A stretch of 64,000 nt of DNA from Candidatus Latescibacterota bacterium (GTDB lineage Bacteria > Latescibacterota > UBA2968), in NCBI GenBank assembly GCA_965198115.1, contig OZ240241.1, positions 4,928,001 through 4,992,000 on the forward strand, given 5' to 3'. Below the pieces are notes generated by a model. That model saw only the letters and a list, made by a program, of their open reading frames with translations. It was not told where the DNA came from and made no database searches. Shown piece by piece: positions 1 through 8,746 of the stretch. Both the position numbers and the translations under genes were made by a program. Position 1 is the first letter of the stretch. Every line of letters begins with the position of its first letter.

Positions 1-259
1 ACCAACTCCTTGCGCCTCAGGAGTTGGGACGCCACGCGCTGCGTGCCAAGGCCTGGACATCGCGGCACGTGCGTTCGAGTCGGCCTACGGGATCAAGCCG
101 ACGGTGCAGGCGGCACTCGGGTTGGCCGATGCCCGGGCTAACGGTGGGAATGTGGCAGGCGCTGTCGAGCTTTTGGAAGACCTGCGGCCGACGGTGACCG
201 ATTCTGCTGCGAGCAGCCAGATCGCGCTTCGACTGTCGCAATGGTCGACGCAGCCTTGA
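1..259 (+). CDS. C-terminal part of a helical (TPR-like) protein running in from the window edge
   Basis: Frame 2 is open to TGA 257-259 (AARAFESAYGIKPTVQAALGLADARANGGNVAGAVELLEDL) and overlaps the next start; probable indel near 55. Confidence 0.4.
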   Translation, partial: PTPCASGVGTPRAACQGLDIAARAFESAYGIKPTVQAALGLADARANGGNVAGAVELLEDLRPTVTDSAASSQIALRLSQWSTQP

Positions 260-624
260 GCGAAGCCGACATCCAGGCACGTCTCGATCAGGGCATCGAC
301 GAGTTCAACGACGAGGCTTTCTTCGAGGCACACGACACGCTCGAGGACGTCTGGATGGATGTCCGCGGCCAGGAGCGGCTGTTCTTCCAGGGTTTGATTC
401 AGCTGGCGATCGGCTACTACCACCTGACGTGCGAAAACTATCCTGGAGCCGAACACCTGTTGAGCCGGGGTTTGGAGAAGCTGGATGGGTTTCGACCGTC
501 GCATCGCGGTGTTCGACTGGGTCCACTCGTAGAAGTGGCGCGGTCGACACGAGATACGATCGCATCACGGTCCGGGCTCGAAGTGTGGGTCGCACCCGTG
601 ATCGAAAGGGATGCGGAGGGCTGA
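241..624 (+). CDS. DUF309 domain protein
   Basis: GIDEFN..FFEAHDTLEDVW and QGLIQLAIGYYH motifs. Confidence 0.85.
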   Translation: MVDAALSEADIQARLDQGIDEFNDEAFFEAHDTLEDVWMDVRGQERLFFQGLIQLAIGYYHLTCENYPGAEHLLSRGLEKLDGFRPSHRGVRLGPLVEVARSTRDTIASRSGLEVWVAPVIERDAEG

Positions 625-715
625 GTTCTGGATAGGTCGGACTACAACGTCGATCGCTGGAGGTCGCATAGCGACTAGCGGGATCTCTTTTCGAATCGGT
701 TTTGAGGGAAGAAGC

Positions 716-1267
716 GTGAAAAAGCTGGCCTTCCTGTTCGTGTGCCTGATGAGTGTGGGGTGTGGGGGAGAGACCGAGATGATCGACGACTCTTCGCCGA
801 CCGGATCGTCCTTCAATTTTCTGACGCTGAACGAATTCAACGATTACCTGACAACGATGGAGGCCGCATCCGTCGACGTTTTGCTCCTGGTGGCCGAGTT
901 CTCTTCGATCACGAGGGACCTCAATTCGGGTGTCGTGTCGACGTACTGGATTACTGAGTTTACCCGCAACTTGATGAGACGCCTGGACGAGATGCAGACC
1001 AAGGCGATGGGGTTGCGTCCCGATCATCCGACGTTGTTGCAGGCTCACGTGGACGAATACGAAGGTGCTCTGGCTGACTACGAAACCGCTTTCACGGTGT
1101 TCCTGTCGGCTGTGAACAACCCCGGTGTCGTTCCGACGAATGCGCTCAACGACCCGATCATCCAAGGCAATCAGCACTTGATTCGGTTCGAAGAGTTTCT
1201 GAGCAGCCTGAGGGGACGCAGCGTGAATTTGTTCGGGGACGGAGTATCGACGGGGGGCGGATTGTAG
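716..1267 (+). CDS. Hypothetical lipoprotein
   Basis: GTG start after GAGGGA; MKKLAFLFVCLMSVG-C signal peptide with lipobox; helical body. Confidence 0.6.
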   Translation: MKKLAFLFVCLMSVGCGGETEMIDDSSPTGSSFNFLTLNEFNDYLTTMEAASVDVLLLVAEFSSITRDLNSGVVSTYWITEFTRNLMRRLDEMQTKAMGLRPDHPTLLQAHVDEYEGALADYETAFTVFLSAVNNPGVVPTNALNDPIIQGNQHLIRFEEFLSSLRGRSVNLFGDGVSTGGGL

Positions 1268-1306
1268 GTTACTCCAGGCCTGACCTGACATTGTTTTGGC
1301 CGTAAA

Positions 1307-1337
1307 GACGGATGCGAGGATCTCGTGTCCGTTTTTT
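1307..1337 (+). terminator. Intrinsic terminator
   Basis: GACGGATGCGAG/CTCGTGTCCGTT stem followed by a T run. Confidence 0.65.
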
Positions 1338-1501
1338 CGTGCGTGGCAGTCATCCACGTCGAGTGCTACTAAAATGAATCAAGTGGGCTCATCAGTATTG
1401 ATCCGTCATAAAGAAAGGTCGAAGGTTGTCAAATGCTGCCGATATAGAGTATAAGAGCCGGGAGCATTCTAAATTAGTCGGGTTACACCAAGGGGGTCGT
1501 T

Positions 1502-2244
1502 GTGCGAAGCTTTCCTTACCAGATCATTGGAGGTGACGAGCGCGAGGAGTCCCTGTTCTTCCTGCTCGATGCGCTGCTGAAGTCGCGCCTGGCCACGGGT
1601 CTGGAAACGGAAGACGACGAAGATGTCAACGTCTACCTGTCGAGTCTGTTACACGATTTTTTGGATCTATCCTTCCAGAATACGCACGGATCCGTCGTTT
1701 CCAGCTACGATTCTGATGTCGTCGAGCACGTTGAGACGGATGACGCTCGACGCCGGTATCGCGTTTACCGCGCCAACGCAGACTACGCACTGCTCTCGGT
1801 CAGTTTGTTCGACCGGGCGCCTTGTGAGGGTGGGCGTGGAGCCGACGGATCGATCAGACGGCTGAGTGAGCGGGGTCCCGTCTATTACCGATTCGCATCA
1901 CATCTGATCGATCGGCTCGGAAGGCGCCCAGCCGTGTCCGAGGTGCCGGGAAACTCGCAGGGGGATTCGATACGTATGTGCGGATTCTGACGCGGCTACG
2001 AATCGATCATCTGGGTCTGATGAAACGACTGACGAAGGGCGAGGTTTTCCATCTTCAGCGCGAAGTCCACGAGGGGGGGCGGCCCGGACTGGTCAAGGCG
2101 GGACGAGATTGGTTCCTGGATGCCTACAACGTCTGGCTGGCGTGCCGGAGCGATGCCAATCGCGAGCGTGTGAACGAGCTTGCGTCGGGGCTGGCGGAGC
2201 TGGACCCGAATTTCGCATTTGAGCCGCTGCGTCGATCCGCCTGA
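1502..2244 (+). pseudogene. Hypothetical protein split by a 1-bp frameshift near 1946 (possibly an assembly error)
   Basis: ORFs 1502-1990 and 1978-2244 join as SEV-GKLAGGFDTYVRILTRLR with one added base. Confidence 0.6.
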
Positions 2245-2321
2245 GTCAGAAAAAAGGAAACCGACATCGATCCGGAGGGAGCTGTTCCCCTCCGGATTTC
2301 TATGTACCGGCGATGACCTTA

Positions 2322-3583
2322 GTACTCCTGTTCTCAAATACGGTGACGTATTCTAAGCAGACTTTGCCAAGGGCGTATCGTAGAACCTGAGTTTGTCGAT
2401 CATCTCCGCGAGATCTGTTCGTGTGAACTTCCATTTGAAGGGTGTGGCGATACGTCCGTAGCGTTCCTGAAAACCGAGGATTCTTGCCTCAAGCTCTTCG
2501 AGCGATGCAAATTCGATAGGTGTCAGAGCCTTGCGTTTGAGGATCGAGAAGTAGATCTCGATCTGATTGAGCCAGCTTGCGTGGATCGGAAGGTGAACGG
2601 GGTGGATGTTTGGCCACTTCCCCTGGATACGGTCGATGCATGTTTGCCCTCGGTGCGAGGAGCCATTATCCACGATGAGGTAGACTTTCTTTGCCGAGCA
2701 ATAGGGTTTCCGGCTCATGATCAGGCTCAGGAGCCGGTTGAAGGGCTCGATACCCGAAGAAGACTCACAGAGACCGAAGATTCGACCATTGTGCACGTCG
2801 AGAGCAGCCAGATAGGCCAGGGCTCCTTTCCGCTCGTATTCGTGTTTCAACGCGTGCCGCTCTGTTCGAGGCTGGCGGTAGGGTAACGTGCTTGCGAGCT
2901 CGTGCTTGAATACTGGTCTTTTCGTCGGCAGAAAGTACATATTCCCTCGGCCCTAAAGGCTTTCCTTGCCATTGGCGGTGATACAGATCAAGGACTCTAC
3001 CTGCTTTGGTTTGGAAGTCCGGGTCCCGTGGGAAAATCCAGGAGCGATGATACCAAGGACGAATCGCGTCCTCGTTCAACCAGCGCCAGACAGTGGCGCC
3101 GCTGATCTTGGCAACGAAGCCCCTTTGCACTGCCTCGGCGGCAATCTCGGAACAGCTGAACCGCGAGAGCGGTATCCCGCTCTCGCTCGGTAGTTCACAC
3201 GCCAGCGCCTTGATCTGAACGACCACCTGAGGGGGGAAAACCGGGCGGGCGCCCGGGACGAGATCTATCTTCGAGTCCCGAAAGACGCTCTTCGAAAAAG
3301 CGCTTACGCCATTTGCTTACGATCGGACGCGGGACATCCAACCGTTGGGCGATAATCTTGTTGGATAATCCCTCGGCGGCGAGAAGCACGATTTTCGATC
3401 GGATCACTTGATAATACGGTAACGTATATTGTCCAGCCATTCGCTCGAGGTCGACCTGTTCCTTCTCAGACAGTAGCACCACATAAGGCGAACGTCTTGG
3501 CATTGTTCTCCTCCTTTTGAAGGAGAACATAAGCTACAAATAATGTTCAGGACATACGTAATAATATTTATTAAACCATGCAC
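2322..3583 (-). mobile_element. IS630-family element, copy 1 (1262 bp)
   Basis: Near-identical to 23609-24870; CTTAG spans both junctions (TA/TTA duplication); HTH plus DDE transposase. Confidence 0.92.
2353..3503 (-). CDS. IS630 transposase in three frames (two +1 shifts)
   Basis: HTH (VSKWRKRF), SADEKTSIQ, IVDNGSSH and HASWLNQIEIYFS motifs. Confidence 0.85.
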
Positions 3584-3590
3584 TTAGTAG

Positions 3591-3625
3591 TGACCATTGA
3601 CCAGTGACGACTGACCCGTGACCAA
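3591..3625 (+). repeat. Heptamer tandem repeat (TGACCAG-like) x5
   Basis: TGACCAT TGACCAG TGACGAC TGACCCG TGACCAA. Confidence 0.7.
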
Positions 3626-3723
3626 AATTGGCAATCGCACGCCATTTTGAGTTGACGGCCAGGAACGACCTTGGCATCTATGGGCACGCGGCGATAGGGT
3701 GATCAGTCGATACAGGAGGTGGA

Positions 3724-4632
3724 ATGGAATACCGAACGTTGGGGCGAACAGACCTGGAGGTCAGCTCGATCGGGATGGGATGCGTGACCTTCGGGCGCGA
3801 GATCGATGAAGAGACGGCCTTCGAGGTCATGGATCACGCGTTGGAGAAGGGGATCACGCTGTTCGACACGGCGGAGGCCTACGCGGCCGGTCGGTCGGAG
3901 GAGGTTCTGGGTGCGTGGATCGGCGATCGAGGGACGCGGGACCGGATCGTGCTCGCCACGAAAGTTGCCGGAGAGCTGACAGCGGACAAGGTCACTTCAT
4001 CGGTGGAGGAGAGTCTTCAACGGCTGGGCGCCGAAACGGTCGATCTGTTTCAGGCCCACAACTGGTCGGACGACGTGCCGGTCGAGGAGACGATGGGTGC
4101 GCTCAATCGGCTCGTGGAACAGGGGAAGACGCGATACGTGGGATGCAGCAACTACGAAGGTCCCCAGCTTGACCAGGCGCTCGAGACGTGTAAGACGAAT
4201 GGGTGGGCACGACTGGAGTCTGTGCAACCCAACTACAACCTGGTTACACGGGAGATCGAGCAAGACCTGCTGCCGATTTGCGCGGATCAGGATATCGGCG
4301 TGATTTCCTACAGTCCGCTGGGCGCCGGTTTCTTGACGGGGAAGTATCGGAAAGACGGTGAGATTCCGGCGGGCGCTCGGTTCGATATCATTCCGGACCA
4401 CCAAGACATCTATTTCAGCGATGAGAACTTCGATCGTATCGAAAAGCTTGGCGCGATCTCCGAACGCACAGGGCGTTCGATGATTCAGCTCGCGCTTGCG
4501 TGGGTCATTGGACAACCCGGTATCAGTTCCGTCCTCGTGGGTGCGCGGAGCACGTCGCACATCGATCAGGCTTTCGAAGCCGAGGCGGCCGGGCTGTCGG
4601 ACGACCTGCGTCGGGACCTGAGCAGCCTGTAG
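3724..4632 (+). CDS. Aldo/keto reductase
   Basis: GITLFDTAEAY, LATKV and YSPLGAGFLTGKY motifs; AGGAGG RBS. Confidence 0.95.
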   Translation: MEYRTLGRTDLEVSSIGMGCVTFGREIDEETAFEVMDHALEKGITLFDTAEAYAAGRSEEVLGAWIGDRGTRDRIVLATKVAGELTADKVTSSVEESLQRLGAETVDLFQAHNWSDDVPVEETMGALNRLVEQGKTRYVGCSNYEGPQLDQALETCKTNGWARLESVQPNYNLVTREIEQDLLPICADQDIGVISYSPLGAGFLTGKYRKDGEIPAGARFDIIPDHQDIYFSDENFDRIEKLGAISERTGRSMIQLALAWVIGQPGISSVLVGARSTSHIDQAFEAEAAGLSDDLRRDLSSL

Positions 4633-4640
4633 CGGACGGA

Positions 4641-5423
4641 TCAGCCTTCGTTCAGCACGTCATCCAGTTCGGTGCTGCAGGTTTCGAGCACCTTCATCAG
4701 CGCGAAGTCGCCTCCCCAGGGGACCATCTGCGCTCCCATTGCCCTGTACTTCGCGATCTCCTCCACACTTCCCGCCGTACGCCCCCACGCTTTACCCTCT
4801 CCGCTCGCCGCTTCGGCGACTTTTTCCACGGCTTCGTCGAGTGTCATTTTGATCGACGGATCGGCCGATAACCGAAGACCCAGATCGCCGGGGCCGACAA
4901 ACAGCAGATCGATCCCGGGGACGGCTGCGATTTCGGGCGCATTAGCGACGGCCTCGGGTGTTTCGATCTGGGCGACGATGAAGGTCTCCCGGTTCGCATC
5001 TTCGATATAGGTGCTGTCGGGGATCCACGTGTCGAGCGCGAAGCTGGTGTCGAGTCCGGCGCCGTCGAACCCCCGGTTGCCTTCGGGCGGGTACTTGACC
5101 GTGTGCACGACTTGACGGGCGATGTCGGCCGTCGAGACGAACGGAATCATGAACCCGCTCGCACCATCCTCGAGGTAGCGATACAGCCGTGTCCGCTGGA
5201 GCGTGGGCGGACGGACCATGCAATCGATATCGCTGGCAAGGCAGAAGGCGAGCAGGGACTGCACTTCGCGCGTGTCCATCGCCCTGTGCTCGAGGTCCAA
5301 CCAGATTCCGTCGTAGCGGTAGTGTGCGGCGTGTCGGATGAAGAAGGGCAGGTAATGTCCCAGCCCACAAATCCGAGCGAGTCGACCGTCGCGGAGTTTA
5401 GAAAGAACTTTGCTGCGTCTCAT
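4641..5423 (-). CDS. HpcH/HpaI aldolase family protein
   Basis: WLDLEH, KYPPEGNRG, QIETPEAV and LFVGPGDL motifs. Confidence 0.92.
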   Translation of the reverse strand: MRRSKVLSKLRDGRLARICGLGHYLPFFIRHAAHYRYDGIWLDLEHRAMDTREVQSLLAFCLASDIDCMVRPPTLQRTRLYRYLEDGASGFMIPFVSTADIARQVVHTVKYPPEGNRGFDGAGLDTSFALDTWIPDSTYIEDANRETFIVAQIETPEAVANAPEIAAVPGIDLLFVGPGDLGLRLSADPSIKMTLDEAVEKVAEAASGEGKAWGRTAGSVEEIAKYRAMGAQMVPWGGDFALMKVLETCSTELDDVLNEG

Positions 5424-5569
5424 TCGTCGGTTCCCGTGCCAATGGCGTGAGGTGTCCTGAATGCCAAGAATTCCCGATTCTGTCGTTCAGAATCTTCGGG
5501 GCTCGCGTACTCTGCCTCTGAGAGTGATTGCAAGAACAGCCTAAACCGGGGCGATGAGCAAACGAACAT

Positions 5570-6466
5570 TTACATAAGCCGTTTGCGCTTCGCAAGGTAT
5601 CCGAACAGGGCAGTGTCGAAGGGCGTTGCGGTGTCGAGGAGGACGTAGTCGATCGCGTGTTCGCGGCATTCTCTTCGATAGCGTTCCGTCAGGTCGTCGA
5701 TGTGTGTTCGATACTCGTTTGCGATCTGCCAGGGTTCGGTCGACACGCGCGTTCCCGATTCGAGGTCGACGAAGACGGTTTCGCGATCGAAGTTCAAGTC
5801 CCGTTCACGGGGGTCGAGGATGTGGAAGACGATCACCTCGTGCTTTCGGTGACGAAAGTGTTTGAGCCCGTTGAGTACGCGCTCGGGGTCGTCGAGGAGG
5901 TCGGACAGGACGACGATCAGACCGCGTCGCTTGAGTCGCTCGGCCAGCTCGTGGAAGGTCGAGGAGAGATCGGTGTCCGCCCCGTCTGGGCTCGTGGACG
6001 AAATGGCGCGGAGCACGCTGTTGAGGTGGCTCCCCGCCGAGCGCGGGGGGACGAATGCTCGAATCCCTTCGTCGAAGGCGGCCACGCCGACGGCGTCACG
6101 CTGCTTGATCATCAGGTAGGCGAGGGCGGCGGAGAGATGGGCCGCGTACCGGTATTTGTTCGTCTCACCCGATCCGTAGGCCATGGAGCCGCTGGCGTCG
6201 AGCAGGAGGTGGGCCTTGAGGTTGGTCTCCTCCTCGTAGCGCTTGATGTAGAGGCGGTCGGTCTTTCCGTAGACCTTCCAGTCCAGGTCGCGAAGGGCGT
6301 CGCCCGGCATGTAGGGTCGATACTCGGAGAATTCGACGCTGAACCCGTGGTAAGGACTCTGGTGGAGACCAGTGATGAACCCCTCGACGACGAGCCGGGC
6401 GATCAAGTCCAGACGCGAAAGTCGCGAGACGACGGTGGGGTCGAGGTAGTCGGAGGCTGTGGACAT
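5570..6466 (-). CDS. DUF58 / VWA domain protein (MoxR partner)
   Basis: GFSVEFSEYRPYMPGD..DWKVY and LLLDASGSM motifs; start at MSTASDYLDP. Confidence 0.93.
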   Translation of the reverse strand: MSTASDYLDPTVVSRLSRLDLIARLVVEGFITGLHQSPYHGFSVEFSEYRPYMPGDALRDLDWKVYGKTDRLYIKRYEEETNLKAHLLLDASGSMAYGSGETNKYRYAAHLSAALAYLMIKQRDAVGVAAFDEGIRAFVPPRSAGSHLNSVLRAISSTSPDGADTDLSSTFHELAERLKRRGLIVVLSDLLDDPERVLNGLKHFRHRKHEVIVFHILDPRERDLNFDRETVFVDLESGTRVSTEPWQIANEYRTHIDDLTERYRRECREHAIDYVLLDTATPFDTALFGYLAKRKRLM

Positions 6467-6474
6467 GGAGGGTC

Positions 6475-7467
6475 CTACCCGGGATCCGTGTCGAGGAGAC
6501 GTTTGACGAGATCGACGGGTGTGACGCCTTCCGCCTCGGCGTTGAAGTTGGTGACGATGCGGTGACGGAGGACCGAGATGGCGATCTGTCTGACGTCGTC
6601 GAGCGAGGGGGTATAGCGGCCCTCGAGGAGGGCGCGCGCCTTCGCGCCGAGGATCAAGCATTGGGACGCGCGTGGCCCTGCGCCCCAGCTGACGAGGCCG
6701 GCGATGTCGTCGGGCGCGTGATCGGGGCGTGTTCGGCGTACGAGCGATACGGCGTAGTCGATGACCTGATCGGCCGCCGGGACGCGACGGACCAGGTGTT
6801 GGAGTTCGACAATACCTCCGGCGTCGAGGACGGGTCGAATGTCGGTCTGTTCGTCGCCCGTCGTCGTTCTGACGATGTCCCTTTCCTCCTGCTCGCTCGG
6901 GTAGTCGATCCAGAGGTTGAACATGAACCGATCCAGCTGTGCTTCGGGGAGCGGGTAGGTCCCTTCCTGCTCGATCGGGTTCTGCGTGGCGAGGACGAAG
7001 AAGGGTTCGCCCAGCCGCAGCGTCTCACCGCCGGCCGTGACTTCGTGCTCCTGCATCGCCTGTAGCAGGGCGGCCTGCGTTTTGGGCGGCGTACGGTTGA
7101 TCTCGTCGGCGAGGACGACGTTGGCGAAGACAGGCCCGCGAACGAACCGAAACTGTTTGTGCCCGGTCGTCTGGTCTTCTTCGAGCACGTCGGTGCCGGT
7201 GATGTCGGATGGCATCAGGTCGGGTGTGAATTGGATCCGGTTGAAGGTGAGGTCGAGGGCCCTCGCGAGGGTGCTGACGAGGAGGGTCTTGGCGAGACCC
7301 GGAACCCCCACGAGCAAGGCGTGACCGGAGCACAGCATCGCGATGAGCATCTGATCGACGATGTCTCGCTGGCCGATGATGACGCGGCCCACCTGTCCGG
7401 TCAGATCGGTGTAGGCCTGTTTCAGTTTCTCGACTGCTTCAAGGTCTTTTCCATCGTTCTCTGGCAT
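6475..7467 (-). CDS. moxR: MoxR-family AAA+ ATPase
   Basis: GVPGLAKT, RIQFTPDLMPSD, LADEINR and ATQNPIEQEGTYPLPEAQLDRF motifs. Confidence 0.95.
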   Translation of the reverse strand: MPENDGKDLEAVEKLKQAYTDLTGQVGRVIIGQRDIVDQMLIAMLCSGHALLVGVPGLAKTLLVSTLARALDLTFNRIQFTPDLMPSDITGTDVLEEDQTTGHKQFRFVRGPVFANVVLADEINRTPPKTQAALLQAMQEHEVTAGGETLRLGEPFFVLATQNPIEQEGTYPLPEAQLDRFMFNLWIDYPSEQEERDIVRTTTGDEQTDIRPVLDAGGIVELQHLVRRVPAADQVIDYAVSLVRRTRPDHAPDDIAGLVSWGAGPRASQCLILGAKARALLEGRYTPSLDDVRQIAISVLRHRIVTNFNAEAEGVTPVDLVKRLLDTDPG

Positions 7468-7486
7468 GGGGTCCTCGTGATGCGTC

Positions 7487-8746
7487 TTACGTCTTCCGTT
7501 TCTGCTTCTTGGCAGCCGGGAACAGGATGTTGTTCAGGATCAGACGGTAGCCCGGCGAGTTCCGATTGAGCGACAGCTGCGTCGGAGGGTCTCCGACGAG
7601 ATGCTGGTAGTCCTCGGGGTCGTGTCCGGCGTAGAAGGTGAAAGTGCCGTTGCCGATGTTTCCGTGAATATACTTCACCTTGGCCGTTCCGGTGATCTCG
7701 CCCAGTATCGTGATGGACGGTTTGATGAGCGACCGGCGGAAGGCCGTGGTCTGACCGAGGAACCCTCGAACCACGGGGATGTGACACTGGGTGAGCATGG
7801 TCGGAACAGGATCGTATTTGGCGGAGAATTCGAAGAGCGTGAACGCATCGGCTTCCGCCCCCCTGGGCCGACCCTCCTCGGTGGGTGAGATGTCGATGTC
7901 GGAGTATTCGTACTCCATCGGGTCGCTCACGAGGGTGAAGTCCTGAAAAGCGAAGGTCGTCTCAAAATTCAGCTGGTCGGGGGCGGTCGGCTCGACGGGA
8001 TCGCCGTCGTAGATGGTGTCGACGATGTCGAGGTTCCACGCCGCGCGGGAAATGTCGAAAGTATCGGTGGCAGAGCACATGGCGAACAGAAAGCCACCAT
8101 CGCTGACGTAGCCGGCGATGGCCTCGGTGACCGCGCTTTTCTGTGTCGAAACTTTTGAAAAGCCGAGCCGACGGGCCATCTCTTCGAAGGCGCGCTGTTG
8201 CTGCCGATACCATTGCTGGCGTCCGTGGCTTCGGTAGAACTTGCCGTATTGGCCGGTGAAATCTTCGTGATGTAGATGGAGCCAGTCGTAGGCCTCGAGC
8301 CCGCCCCTCAACACTTCCTCGTCCCAGAGCGTATCGTATCGGATTTCGGCGTAGGAGAGCGCCAGAGTGACGGCATCGTCCCAGGGCTGCTTGTTCGGGG
8401 GTGTGTAGACAGCTATGCGGGGCGCCTTTTCCAAACGGACGCGGTCCATGTTTTCGTTCTCGATCGTCCCGTAGATTCGGGCCACCTGGCCGGCGGACAA
8501 GATGTGAAAGGAGACGTCGCGCAACCGGGATTCGCGCACGAGCGCTTCCGACGCATCGGTGAGGAAAGAGCCTCCCCGGAAGTTGAGCAGCCATTCGACG
8601 ACGATGCCCTGTTCGAGCGCCCAGAACGCCACACCATAGGCCTTGAGGTGGTCGGTCTGGTCGAGGTCCATGGGGATCAGCAGCTTCTGTGCAGGAGCCG
8701 GTGAGGCGAGTACGATGATCGAGAGCGCGGTCCACAGACGTTTCAT
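7487..8746 (-). CDS. Secreted conserved protein with a class I glutamine amidotransferase-like fold (family I recall being auto-annotated as asparagine synthetase B)
   Basis: Signal peptide MKRLWTALSIIVLASPAPA; LIPMD..QTDHLKAYG, WLHLHHEDFTGQYGKF and GGFLFAMCSA motifs; ATGA overlap with the upstream gene. Confidence 0.75.
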   Translation of the reverse strand: MKRLWTALSIIVLASPAPAQKLLIPMDLDQTDHLKAYGVAFWALEQGIVVEWLLNFRGGSFLTDASEALVRESRLRDVSFHILSAGQVARIYGTIENENMDRVRLEKAPRIAVYTPPNKQPWDDAVTLALSYAEIRYDTLWDEEVLRGGLEAYDWLHLHHEDFTGQYGKFYRSHGRQQWYRQQQRAFEEMARRLGFSKVSTQKSAVTEAIAGYVSDGGFLFAMCSATDTFDISRAAWNLDIVDTIYDGDPVEPTAPDQLNFETTFAFQDFTLVSDPMEYEYSDIDISPTEEGRPRGAEADAFTLFEFSAKYDPVPTMLTQCHIPVVRGFLGQTTAFRRSLIKPSITILGEITGTAKVKYIHGNIGNGTFTFYAGHDPEDYQHLVGDPPTQLSLNRNSPGYRLILNNILFPAAKKQKRKT

